Assembly: GCA_011052815.1 (NCBI GenBank)
Contig: DRIG01000085.1
Location: forward strand, 1,110 to 65,109
Source of the DNA: a candidate division WOR-3 bacterium
GTDB taxonomy: Bacteria > Hydrothermota > Tepidihabitantia > SM23-42
Reading direction: 5' to 3'
DNA: 64,000 bases
Part shown: one piece after another, positions 27,190 through 36,110 of the stretch
How positions within the stretch are numbered: position 1 is the first letter of the stretch
How the letters are laid out: every line of letters begins with the position of its first letter
Position numbers and translations under genes: made by a program
The notes under the pieces: generated by a model
Seen by the model: the letters and a program-made list of their open reading frames with translations, nothing else
Databases searched by the model: none
What the model was told of the DNA's origin: nothing

Positions 27190-29523
27190 ATGTTTGCGCT
27201 GCTTTTTTTAATCTCTCAATTTTACAGTGATGAACCCGCGGGTTATTTCAGAACCCCCGTATTTACTGCATACGGAATAGTCGTGACCGATGATCATTAT
27301 TCGACGCTGTATCTTGTCAGGAAGAACACCTTAAAGAAGTTGGTCGAGGCGCCGGGGTGCGGTCGATATTATACCGTGTCAGGTGACGGGCGGCTCATCG
27401 GTTTCAAATTGATTTCAGAAGACGGCTTACAAAGACCGGCGATATATGATTTGAAACAAGAAAAAACGAAACAACTCCACGGCCCTGTTTTTTGTGCGGG
27501 GCAGGTGTCATTTTCTTATAATAATAATATAGCATTTACAATCGGTGAACAATTTTTTCTGCAACAGGATGATGGAACGGACAGCTATTTGATTGGTTAT
27601 TATTCAAATCTTGCTCCGGTATCACCGGATTGTCGGTATGTGGTTTATAATGATGAAGATGACAGGCTCTGGGTTCTTCGTTTAAGTGATGGAAAGCGGG
27701 TATGTATCACCGACCATAAAAAAGGCTGTTTTGCACCAGTCTGGTCAAATGGCAGCCGGTATCTTCTTTATTCAAGCCTTGACGGTTTTATCAAGGTGTA
27801 TGATATCGTCGAACAGAGAACCTTTGATATTGATCAGGGCTATAGTCCGGCATGGTCGTTTGATGATAAATATATAATTTATTACAAAACAAAGACTGAT
27901 GATCATCGATTGACCGGCTCTGACTTATTCCTTGCAAAGTTTGACGGCACTCAGATTATTCAATTGACCGCTACTCCGCATATCCTGGAGATCGATCCAA
28001 AATTTTATAGTAAAGAGCATATCATCTTTACGGTCTATGACCGGAATGAAATTTTTACTGCAAGGATTTTTCAGGATAAACTGGTTGATATTGAATTACT
28101 TTATCAAAGAAAAAATCCGCTGTCCGTCAATCATGCAGCCGTGAATCCCGACTACAGAATGCGCGACTCAATCGATGTGCCCTATCTTCATCAGGTCTAT
28201 GATGTCCCGGACTGGTTTAACGGACACTGGGCGTGTGCACCGACAACCGCAATGATGGCGATCGCCTATTATTATAAACTGCCTTACTGGGACTGTTCCT
28301 GTTCTCTGCCGTATAATCATACCAGCCATTATGGGCGGTATATCTGTGAGCGTTACCACTACTATGAGGTTGACTATAACTGGTCAGCCCAGGACCCGAG
28401 CGGTAACTGGGCAGAGGGTGGTTACGGTTATATGTGGTATGACACAAATCGTCCATACACCCATATGGCTCTTTATTTGAATAATCACGGGCTCAATTCC
28501 TGGCGGGACGATTCTCCCACCTTCAATGAAACGGTCGCTGAACTTGATTCAGGTTATCCGTATGGAATGTGTGTGGGATTGACTGCAGCTGGTCATCTTG
28601 TGCTTGCCGTGGGTCAGGTTTTAACCTGGCACACGCTTATTTTCAATGACCCCTACGGGAATAAGAACACAGCCGGTTATCCGAGTTATGACGGAAAGTA
28701 TGCACGATATGATTGGCCCGGTTATAATAACGGATACGAAAATCTGAATAATGTTTACTGGTGTGTCGGAGCAAGGGGCGGGTGGGAGATCGCCGCAGAT
28801 ACGATTGTCGATGATCTTCAATTTAACAGCGGTTTTTATCTTCATACAGAAGAGCCGTCTTCAATGGCATTCTGGTGGGACAGATTAACCGGTTTTCAAG
28901 GACATACATGGTGGACATATACCACGGCTGCAGCGGGTCAGGACACCTGCTATGCAATATGGACACCGCACTTAGCTGTTGCCGGCGATTATGAGGTTTT
29001 TGCTTATATCCCTTCAACCGACGGCCAGGCAACCGGGGCTCGATATCGGGTGTTCTATAACGGCGACAGTCAAACAGTCGTTATTAATCAGGCAAACTAT
29101 GTGGATCAATGGGTGTCACTGGGTGTATATCCATTTGATACAACCGGTGGATATGTGTATCTTGGTGATGCGACCGGTGAGCAGGGGCAGCACATCGCCT
29201 TTGACGCAGTGAGATGGAGTTATCAGGGGGCAGGGGTTAAAGAACGTGCCGTTCTGAAATCAACCAGAGATTGGATTATTACCTTCGGCACCAACCCGGT
29301 AAGGGATAATATAATTTTAAGGCTTAAACTACGTACGGCAAAAGAATCTGTTTTTTCAATCTACAACAGTGCTGGAGCTTGTGTGTATAAAGAAGAAAAA
29401 GGGTTTTTAAATAAAGGTAATCATATTATTAAAATAAATGTCTCGACATTCAGCGCAGGTGTTTACTTTATTAAGGTAAAACTCGATTCCCAGAACACAA
29501 TCAGAAAGATTATAATTTTATGA
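27190..29523 (+). CDS. T9SS cargo protein: TolB-like beta-propeller region plus a peptidase C39-like (BtrH-type papain-fold) domain plus a C-terminal sorting domain
   Basis: Beta-propeller-like repeats (...RYLLYSSLDGFIKVYDI...). Cys/His pair in HWACAPTTAMMAIAYY ... GHLVLAVGQV. C-terminal ...GVYFIKVKLDSQNTIRKIIIL. Confidence 0.55.
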   Translation: MFALLFLISQFYSDEPAGYFRTPVFTAYGIVVTDDHYSTLYLVRKNTLKKLVEAPGCGRYYTVSGDGRLIGFKLISEDGLQRPAIYDLKQEKTKQLHGPVFCAGQVSFSYNNNIAFTIGEQFFLQQDDGTDSYLIGYYSNLAPVSPDCRYVVYNDEDDRLWVLRLSDGKRVCITDHKKGCFAPVWSNGSRYLLYSSLDGFIKVYDIVEQRTFDIDQGYSPAWSFDDKYIIYYKTKTDDHRLTGSDLFLAKFDGTQIIQLTATPHILEIDPKFYSKEHIIFTVYDRNEIFTARIFQDKLVDIELLYQRKNPLSVNHAAVNPDYRMRDSIDVPYLHQVYDVPDWFNGHWACAPTTAMMAIAYYYKLPYWDCSCSLPYNHTSHYGRYICERYHYYEVDYNWSAQDPSGNWAEGGYGYMWYDTNRPYTHMALYLNNHGLNSWRDDSPTFNETVAELDSGYPYGMCVGLTAAGHLVLAVGQVLTWHTLIFNDPYGNKNTAGYPSYDGKYARYDWPGYNNGYENLNNVYWCVGARGGWEIAADTIVDDLQFNSGFYLHTEEPSSMAFWWDRLTGFQGHTWWTYTTAAAGQDTCYAIWTPHLAVAGDYEVFAYIPSTDGQATGARYRVFYNGDSQTVVINQANYVDQWVSLGVYPFDTTGGYVYLGDATGEQGQHIAFDAVRWSYQGAGVKERAVLKSTRDWIITFGTNPVRDNIILRLKLRTAKESVFSIYNSAGACVYKEEKGFLNKGNHIIKINVSTFSAGVYFIKVKLDSQNTIRKIIIL

Positions 29524-29643
29524 TTTTTTCCAGGGTGTATATTTTGTTAAACTCGGCTTGAGTAATCAGTCTATCGTGCAAAAAGTTGTGCTGGTAAGAT
29601 AGTTATTGACAAGCGGTAAGAAAAGAGGACAGGTTGAAAAAGG

Positions 29644-29671
29644 TTGACTTTAGAGTAAAGTTAATTATAAT
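29644..29671 (+). promoter_or_regulatory. Sigma70-type promoter TTGACT-N16-TATAAT, 8 nt upstream of tRNA-Asp
   Basis: ttgactttagagtaaagttaattataattcaacatc then GGGG of the tRNA. Confidence 0.55.
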
Positions 29672-29679
29672 TCAACATC

Positions 29680-29754
29680 GGGGTCGTAGTTCAGCCTGGA
29701 TAGAACGCCTGCCTGTCACGCAGGAGGTCGCGAGTTCAAATCTCGTCGGCCCCG
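29680..29754 (+). tRNA. tRNA-Asp (anticodon GTC). No encoded CCA. A T-run follows.
   Basis: Cloverleaf read by hand: acceptor GGGGTCG/CGGCCCC, D-arm GTTC...GAAC, anticodon stem CCTGC/GCAGG with loop CTGTCAC, T-arm GCGAG-TTCAAAT-CTCGT. Confidence 0.85.
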
Positions 29755-29816
29755 TTTTTTTATTCCCTATCCATCTTCAGGTTGACAGAGTATTATTTTG
29801 CCGTATACTTAGATGA

Positions 29817-31214
29817 ATGTTTTTTCTTATTCCCGTCGGTAGTGAAGAAGGTGTAAGAAGACTGCCCTATCTCACGATCGGTCTGATCGCCTTCAACACT
29901 CTGATCTATTTTATAACAAGTATGGTGCTCAATAATCAGGTGCACCGGTTGAACCAGATAAATCAGCAGCTTTTTGATATTGAATCAAAATATATGTACC
30001 GTATCATCGAAGAAGATCCGGAAATGCTGCAGCACGGCACAATTGATCAACTGCGTGAAAAATTCGCCGATGACGGGATTATACCGCTTGAGAGCGAAGA
30101 CTATACACGCTGGCATTTGTTATACAAAGATTATAAAAGACAGCGGGCTGAACTTGTATTTGAGCGCTGGGGATTTGTTCCGAAGAGATTTGATGTTCTT
30201 AAAATACTTTCATCAATGTTTATTCACGCAAATTTCTTCCACCTGTTATTTAATATGTTGTTTTTATGGCTCGTCGGATGTAATATTGAAGACGATTGGT
30301 CGTGGAAGCTTTTTCTCGGATTGTATATATCCGCCGGTATCGTCGCTTCGTTGATACATACGGCGGCTTTTCCTCACAGTGAGGTGCCTCTTATCGGCGC
30401 TTCGGGCGCCATCGCCGGGGTAATGGGTGCGTTCATGATACGACACTACAAGACAAAGATCAGGTTCGCCTACTTTTTATGGTTCTTTTTAAAACCATAT
30501 TATGGAACATTCTCGATCTATGCGGGTATTGCATTACCCTTCTGGTTCCTGCAGCAGATCATCGGTGCGAGCTGGAGTGTGGAAAGTGGTACAGCATACT
30601 GGGCGCACATCGGCGGTTTTGTATTCGGAACCGGGGTCGGTGCTGCAATGAAATTTTTCGGTCTTGAACAAAAGTATATCGCTCCGATGGTTGAAGAAAG
30701 TTTTGAGAAGTTGAAGGTTTCTCCGAAGATGAAAGAGATCTATAAAAAGATGGACGCAGGTGATACCGCGGGAGCGGTTCCATTGTTACTTACGATATTG
30801 AACGAAGAACCGCAGAATTTTGATGCCCCACTGATGCTCGGCAGGATATATTTTGAAAAAGGACATCTGGACGACGCCGGTCTGATGTATAGCCGGGCAT
30901 TACAATCCATTATTCGGCTTGATGATATAGAACTGTTGATATCGACCTTTGAAGAGATGGAAGAAAAAAAACTGGTTGATAAAATCAACGAAAAACTATT
31001 ATACGAACTCGCCGGATTTTTAGAACGACACAAAAAATACCAGCTGGCGGTCAGGGCATTCGGTTTTTATATCCAGCTCTTTCCTCAAAGTAAAGTAAGA
31101 CCCAAGGCGATCTACCGAACCTATATTCTCTTTAAAGATCGGTTGAATGATCCGAATATGGCGCAACGCGCCTACGCCTTTTTGAAAAAAGAATACCCTG
31201 ACTCTCCTTTTTAA
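29817..31214 (+). CDS. Rhomboid-family intramembrane serine protease with a C-terminal TPR domain
   Basis: Rhomboid GxSG (IGASGAIAGVMGAF) and catalytic His (AHIGGFVFG) within a 6-TM core. The C-terminal 150 aa are TPR-like. Confidence 0.75.
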   Translation: MFFLIPVGSEEGVRRLPYLTIGLIAFNTLIYFITSMVLNNQVHRLNQINQQLFDIESKYMYRIIEEDPEMLQHGTIDQLREKFADDGIIPLESEDYTRWHLLYKDYKRQRAELVFERWGFVPKRFDVLKILSSMFIHANFFHLLFNMLFLWLVGCNIEDDWSWKLFLGLYISAGIVASLIHTAAFPHSEVPLIGASGAIAGVMGAFMIRHYKTKIRFAYFLWFFLKPYYGTFSIYAGIALPFWFLQQIIGASWSVESGTAYWAHIGGFVFGTGVGAAMKFFGLEQKYIAPMVEESFEKLKVSPKMKEIYKKMDAGDTAGAVPLLLTILNEEPQNFDAPLMLGRIYFEKGHLDDAGLMYSRALQSIIRLDDIELLISTFEEMEEKKLVDKINEKLLYELAGFLERHKKYQLAVRAFGFYIQLFPQSKVRPKAIYRTYILFKDRLNDPNMAQRAYAFLKKEYPDSPF

Positions 31215-31249
31215 GGAAAAAATACTGACTTGTTGTTTTTTTAAATTTG

Positions 31250-31257
31250 TGTATAAT
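31250..31257 (+). promoter_or_regulatory. Extended -10 promoter element (TGtgTATAAT) 5 nt upstream of the tilS GTG start
   Basis: tttgtgtataattaagaGTG. Confidence 0.35.
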
Positions 31258-31262
31258 TAAGA

Positions 31263-32630
31263 GTGAATATTGTAAAGCAGGTGTTGACGACGGTTGAGAA
31301 TACCATCAAGAAATATAAGATGTTCGACGGTGTGGATTGCGCCGTGATTGCATTCTCCTCAGGACCTGATTCAGTCTGTCTGCTTGATGTTTTACACAGA
31401 ATTTACGGCGGAAAGATAAACTTCCACCTTGTTTATATAAATCACGGTTTGCGGGCGTCCGAATCTTTAAATAAAGAGGAGAGGTTGACAAAAAGATATG
31501 CGGAAAAATATAATCTGGATTATAAAATAATCAAAATTAAGGTGAAGAAGACCGGAACCGGTATCGAGGATGCGGCACGCCGCAAGCGATACGACGTCCT
31601 GCTCGATTATATGGAGGCAACCGATTGCCGGCGGATCGTGCTGGGACATAATTGTGATGATCTGGTCGAGACCTTTTTGATGAATATGATCAGAGGAAGC
31701 GGGGCACGGGGTCTGCGTTCAATCCCGGCGGTGCGCCTTCCTTTTGTAAGACCATTAATCGATCTCAAGAAAGAAGAGATTCTTGAATATTTAAGAAAAA
31801 AGAGGTTGTCCTTTACACGCGACAGGACAAACCGAAGTATAATTTATCGAAGAAATTTTGTCCGGCGCAGAATAATTCCGGAAATTTTGAAGATAAATCC
31901 GGAGTTTCATAAAACCATAAAAAAAGAGATTGAAATACTGAAAGAGGATGATGATTATCTTGAGAGGGAAGCGGAAAGGGTTTATCGTTCCGCGGTTGTG
32001 GAAGAAACAGACCATATTTCCCTTGACATCAAGAAAATTCTTCGGTATAATTCAGCGGTTACCAAACGTGTAGTGATGAGAGTGATAAAAAGATTACACG
32101 GAGACCTGAATGGTTTTGAAAGTAAACATTTCGAAGAGATTCTGGGTCTAAAGATCAGGGAAAGCGGTAAAAAAATAGATCTGCCCAAGAGACTGTACGC
32201 CCGACGGGAATACGACAGGATTACGATCGGGATTGCGCGACCGGCTGACTTTACGTTCATTCCGCTCGACGTTGATAAACAGGGGAGTATAGCAGCCGGT
32301 GATTATCTGCTCAAGTTCCGGGTGGTTGCGGAATTTTTGTTGAAGCGGCGTAAATCCAATGTGGAAGTTTTTGATCTTGATAAACTTGAACTACCGCTTT
32401 TTTTACGGAACAGAAAAAGAGGAGATTATATTGAAACAAAGGTCGGAAAGAAAAAATTCAAGAAGATATATAATGAATTCAAAATTCCCCGGCATAAGCG
32501 GGACAGAATGCTTTTACTCTGTGATCAAAAAGGGGTTTTGATGATTCCCGGATTTGTGCGTGCCTATCGGGCGTTTATCGACAAAAAGACAAAGAGATTT
32601 CTGGTGGTGGAAGTTGAATATACTGGTTAA
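31263..32630 (+). CDS. tilS: tRNA(Ile)-lysidine synthetase
   Basis: PP-loop SGGxDS-like motif (AFSSGPDSVCLL). HNCDDLVETFLMNMIRGSG. C-terminal TilS substrate domain. Confidence 0.85.
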   Translation: MNIVKQVLTTVENTIKKYKMFDGVDCAVIAFSSGPDSVCLLDVLHRIYGGKINFHLVYINHGLRASESLNKEERLTKRYAEKYNLDYKIIKIKVKKTGTGIEDAARRKRYDVLLDYMEATDCRRIVLGHNCDDLVETFLMNMIRGSGARGLRSIPAVRLPFVRPLIDLKKEEILEYLRKKRLSFTRDRTNRSIIYRRNFVRRRIIPEILKINPEFHKTIKKEIEILKEDDDYLEREAERVYRSAVVEETDHISLDIKKILRYNSAVTKRVVMRVIKRLHGDLNGFESKHFEEILGLKIRESGKKIDLPKRLYARREYDRITIGIARPADFTFIPLDVDKQGSIAAGDYLLKFRVVAEFLLKRRKSNVEVFDLDKLELPLFLRNRKRGDYIETKVGKKKFKKIYNEFKIPRHKRDRMLLLCDQKGVLMIPGFVRAYRAFIDKKTKRFLVVEVEYTG

Positions 32631-33123
32631 AGAAAAGACAATCCAGCAGCGGGTGAAAGAACTCGGCAGACAGATCAATAATGACTATCGGAACAAGACA
32701 CCGATACTTGTCGGGGTTCTGAAAGGTGCGTTTGTTTTTATGGCTGATCTGTTAAGGGAGATAGATATCCCGGTTGAGGTCGATTTTCTTTCGATCGCCA
32801 GTTATGACGGCAGGGAATCAAGCGGCGTCGTACGCTTGAACAGTGATCTCTCTTTGAACATCGAAGACCGTGATGTGATTCTAATCGAGGATATCGTGGA
32901 CAGCGGCAGGACGATCAATTATATCATTAAAAATCTGAAGACACGTAAACCGCGGAGTTTAGCTGTCTGCACTTTACTTAATAAGAAAGAAGAACGTATC
33001 GTCGATGTACCTTTAACCTATGTCGGTTTTGATATTCCGGGTGTCTTTGTGGTGGGTTACGGCCTCGACTATTTAAACAGATATCGTAATTTAAGAGACA
33101 TTGGAGTACTGAATGACAGGTAA
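32611..33123 (+). CDS. hpt: Hypoxanthine phosphoribosyltransferase
   Basis: PRPP-binding motif [16 protein letters not shown]. The ORF is open from 32554. Start assigned to the TTG just before the tilS stop; the alternative is 32554. Confidence 0.8.
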   Translation, partial: KLNILVKEKTIQQRVKELGRQINNDYRNKTPILVGVLKGAFVFMADLLREIDIPVEVDFLSIASYDGRESSGVVRLNSDLSLNIEDRDVILIEDIVDSGRTINYIIKNLKTRKPRSLAVCTLLNKKEERIVDVPLTYVGFDIPGVFVVGYGLDYLNRYRNLRDIGVLNDR

Positions 33124-34978
33124 ACAGCCAGTTAAGAAACGAGCGTGGCAGACCGTGATAATCTGGTCGATACTTATTATCGCCGTATACGTAATCGTCT
33201 TGCAGTTGCTCAATCGAGGGGGCAAGGCGGTGGATATTCCTTATTCGATTTTTTTACGTGAACTGCGGCAGGACAACGTATCCGAGGTTACCATTACGGA
33301 GAAATCCATCAGGGGTAAATTCAATACGTCGATTTCATATCAGGACAGAGGGAATTTTTCCGAGTTCACGACCCTCATACCTTTTGAGGATCCGCGGCTT
33401 GCGGATGAGTTGGTCAAGCACAATGTAGAGGTCGTCGCAAAACAGAAATCAGGCTGGGGCAACATTGTGATAAATATTGTACCCTGGCTTCTGTTGATCG
33501 GCGTATGGATTTTCTTCATCAGACAGATGCAGTCGGGTCAGAATAAAGCACTCGGGTTCGGACGCAGTCGGGCAAAGGTTATCCTTGAAAATAAACCGTC
33601 TGTGACGTTCAAGGACGTAGCCGGTGTTGAAGAGGCGAAACAGGAACTGCAGGAGGTTATCGAGTTTCTCAAAGAACCGAGGAAATTTACAAGGCTCGGC
33701 GGCAGAATTCCGAAAGGAGTTTTGCTTCTGGGACCCCCTGGTACGGGCAAGACCCTGATGGCACGTGCCGTCGCCGGTGAAGCAAGGGTTCCTTTTATGT
33801 CAATCAGTGGTTCAAACTTTGTCGAGATGTTTGTCGGAGTCGGTGCTTCGCGTGTACGCGACCTCTTTGACCAGGCGAAACGGAATTCACCGTGCATCAT
33901 CTTTATCGATGAAATCGATGCAGTCGGAAGATTGAGGGGAGCAGGACTCGGCGGTGGTCATGACGAACGGGAACAGACCCTGAACCAATTGCTGGTGGAA
34001 ATGGATGGTTTTGAGGTGAATGAAGGAATTATTCTTATGGCGGCGACGAACAGACCTGATATTCTTGATCCCGCACTTTTAAGGCCGGGACGTTTTGATC
34101 GGGTCGTGGTACTTGATCGACCAGATGTGCGTGGAAGGATGGGAATACTCAAGGTGCATACCCGTAAAAAACCGCTTGCTGAAGATGTGGACCTTGATGT
34201 CCTGGCACGCGGTACCCCTGGTTTTTCCGGAGCCGACCTCGCCAATATGGTGAATGAGGCGGCGCTTCTCGCCGCACGCAGGAATAAAGAAAATATCACG
34301 ATGGCTGAGTTTGAAGATGCGAAGGATAAGATCCTGATGGGGGTTGAACGGAAGAGCCTTTTGATTTCCGACGATGAGAAGAAATTAACTGCATACCATG
34401 AATGCGGTCATGTGCTTGTTGCGAAGTCACTGCCGGGAATGGACCCGATTCATAAGGTGACGATAATCCCCAGAGGTATGTCACTGGGAGTGACCCAGGC
34501 GCTGCCGATCGATGAACGCCGTACCTATTCAAAGTCCTATTGTAAAAACCAGCTTGCATTTATGCTCGGCGGCAGGGCGGCTGAGAAGATCGTGCTCGGC
34601 GACCTTTCGACCGGAGCGGGTAATGATATTGAAAAGGCGACAAAACTCGCCCGCAAAATGGTCTGTGAATGGGGGATGAGCGATCGTTTGGGTCCCCTTA
34701 CCTACGGTGAGAAACAGGAAGAGATATTCCTGGGTCGGGAAATCGGTATGCATCGGGATTATTCTGAAGATACTGCCCGTGAAATAGACGAGGAAATCAA
34801 GAAGATCATAGAAGAAGCCGAACATCGGGCTGAGCAGATAATAAAGAAAAATTTGAAAAAACTCAAGAAATTAGCCGGCACCCTGCTTGAAAAAGAGATC
34901 CTGACCAGTGAAGAGATTGATAAAATATTAGGAGTCAAACGTGCCGAAAAAAGAGCAAAAAAGAAATCCCGTAGTTAA
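33113..34978 (+). CDS. ftsH: ATP-dependent zinc metalloprotease FtsH
   Basis: Two N-terminal TM helices. Walker [19 protein letters not shown]. Zinc site HECGHVLVA. The tilS-hpt-ftsH order is conserved across Bacteria. Confidence 0.9.
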   Translation: MTGKQPVKKRAWQTVIIWSILIIAVYVIVLQLLNRGGKAVDIPYSIFLRELRQDNVSEVTITEKSIRGKFNTSISYQDRGNFSEFTTLIPFEDPRLADELVKHNVEVVAKQKSGWGNIVINIVPWLLLIGVWIFFIRQMQSGQNKALGFGRSRAKVILENKPSVTFKDVAGVEEAKQELQEVIEFLKEPRKFTRLGGRIPKGVLLLGPPGTGKTLMARAVAGEARVPFMSISGSNFVEMFVGVGASRVRDLFDQAKRNSPCIIFIDEIDAVGRLRGAGLGGGHDEREQTLNQLLVEMDGFEVNEGIILMAATNRPDILDPALLRPGRFDRVVVLDRPDVRGRMGILKVHTRKKPLAEDVDLDVLARGTPGFSGADLANMVNEAALLAARRNKENITMAEFEDAKDKILMGVERKSLLISDDEKKLTAYHECGHVLVAKSLPGMDPIHKVTIIPRGMSLGVTQALPIDERRTYSKSYCKNQLAFMLGGRAAEKIVLGDLSTGAGNDIEKATKLARKMVCEWGMSDRLGPLTYGEKQEEIFLGREIGMHRDYSEDTAREIDEEIKKIIEEAEHRAEQIIKKNLKKLKKLAGTLLEKEILTSEEIDKILGVKRAEKRAKKKSRS

Positions 34979-35006
34979 ATCCCGCGATAAAAGAAAGGGG
35001 AGTAGG

Positions 35007-35564
35007 ATGGACAAAAAAGAGATTGAGAAGGCGGTGAAGATTATCCTCAAAGCGATTGGTGAGGATCTTGATCGAGACGGCCTTAGAGATACACCGCGAC
35101 GCATCGCCCAGATGTATGAAGAGATATTTTCCGGATTAAAAAAGGACCCGAAGAAAGAGCTGAAGACATACACCGCCAAGAATGAAGATGAGATGATAAT
35201 CATCAAGGATATTCCTTTTTATTCGGTTTGTGAACATCATCTGCTGCCTTTTTTCGGAAAGGCACACGTGGTTTATATCCCCAAAAGGAATAGAATCACG
35301 GGTTTTTCAAGTCTGGTGAGGGTCATCGACGTCATGGCGAAACGTCCCATTGTTCAGGAGCGTTTGACGCACGAGATCGCCGATTTTTTCATGGAACATC
35401 TTAAACCGATGGGGGTACTTGTGGTGATTGAAGCCGAACATCTCTGTCTTTCCATGATCGGTGTAAAAAAACCCGGGACCCTTACCGTTACTTCAGCGAT
35501 CCGCGGGGCGATGAGAAGACCGGCGACCCGCGCCGAGGCGTTTTCCCTGATAAAAGGAAAATAG
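35007..35564 (+). CDS. folE: GTP cyclohydrolase I
   Basis: CEHHLLPF motif. The ORF is open from 34941 but that would overlap ftsH, so the start was taken at the internal MDKKEIEK. Confidence 0.8.
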   Translation: MDKKEIEKAVKIILKAIGEDLDRDGLRDTPRRIAQMYEEIFSGLKKDPKKELKTYTAKNEDEMIIIKDIPFYSVCEHHLLPFFGKAHVVYIPKRNRITGFSSLVRVIDVMAKRPIVQERLTHEIADFFMEHLKPMGVLVVIEAEHLCLSMIGVKKPGTLTVTSAIRGAMRRPATRAEAFSLIKGK

Positions 35565-35589
35565 ACGAAAAAAATGGTTGTTGATTAAT

Positions 35590-36000
35590 CTACTGGATTC
35601 GACGCCATTTCTGCACTTCACCGAAAAGTTTTGATTCCTTGGCAAACTTACGGATTACCAGAATACCGTCACTCTGCAGGGTGAAGTAGACGTCCTTATA
35701 CTCGATAGAAGTAATGTTTCCGTCCATATCTACTTTTTTAATTAAATCTTTTCCTTTCCATTTATTCGTTCCCACCGGCTCGATATCACGCCATTTTATG
35801 TCGTTCTCGGCGAAACCGAGATAATTGAGGATGCCCGCAGGTTTTATCAATTTCCCGTGATACATCTTACCGACGACCTCGACCTGCACAATGGTTCCTT
35901 CAGCGTCATCGCCGAATCTCTCCCACTGGCCGATTATCGGATCTTCAACACAACCGAACAAAAACAGTAAAAATAAGACCGTAAATATGATTCTTCTCAT
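35590..36000 (-). CDS. Small lipoprotein of unknown function
   Basis: Signal peptide plus lipobox (LFLFGCVED). Preceded by a GGAGGAG Shine-Dalgarno and a canonical promoter. Confidence 0.5.
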   Translation of the reverse strand: MRRIIFTVLFLLFLFGCVEDPIIGQWERFGDDAEGTIVQVEVVGKMYHGKLIKPAGILNYLGFAENDIKWRDIEPVGTNKWKGKDLIKKVDMDGNITSIEYKDVYFTLQSDGILVIRKFAKESKLFGEVQKWRRIQ

Positions 36001-36044
36001 TTTATACTCCTCCTCTTTGCTTGCTTAAACATTACTAAAAATTT

Positions 36045-36072
36045 ATTATAGCCGTAAAATAAAATTAGTCAA
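36045..36072 (-). promoter_or_regulatory. Sigma70-type promoter (TTGACT-N16-TATAAT, minus strand) for the lipoprotein gene at 36000
   Basis: Minus-strand reading: TTGACTaattttattttacggcTATAATaaattt...ggaggagtataaaATG. Confidence 0.5.
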
Positions 36073-36110
36073 GAATTTTTGTAATTTTTTTTTGTCAAAA
36101 GAACCAATTA

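Noticed and set aside
29634-29816. 60-aa ORF overlapping tRNA-Asp
   Set aside because: It fully contains a well-folded tRNA with its own promoter and T-run. Spurious.
33538-34299. Antisense ORFs (120 aa, 113 aa) inside ftsH
   Set aside because: Shadow ORFs in a GC-richer conserved gene. Ser/Arg/Ala-rich composition.
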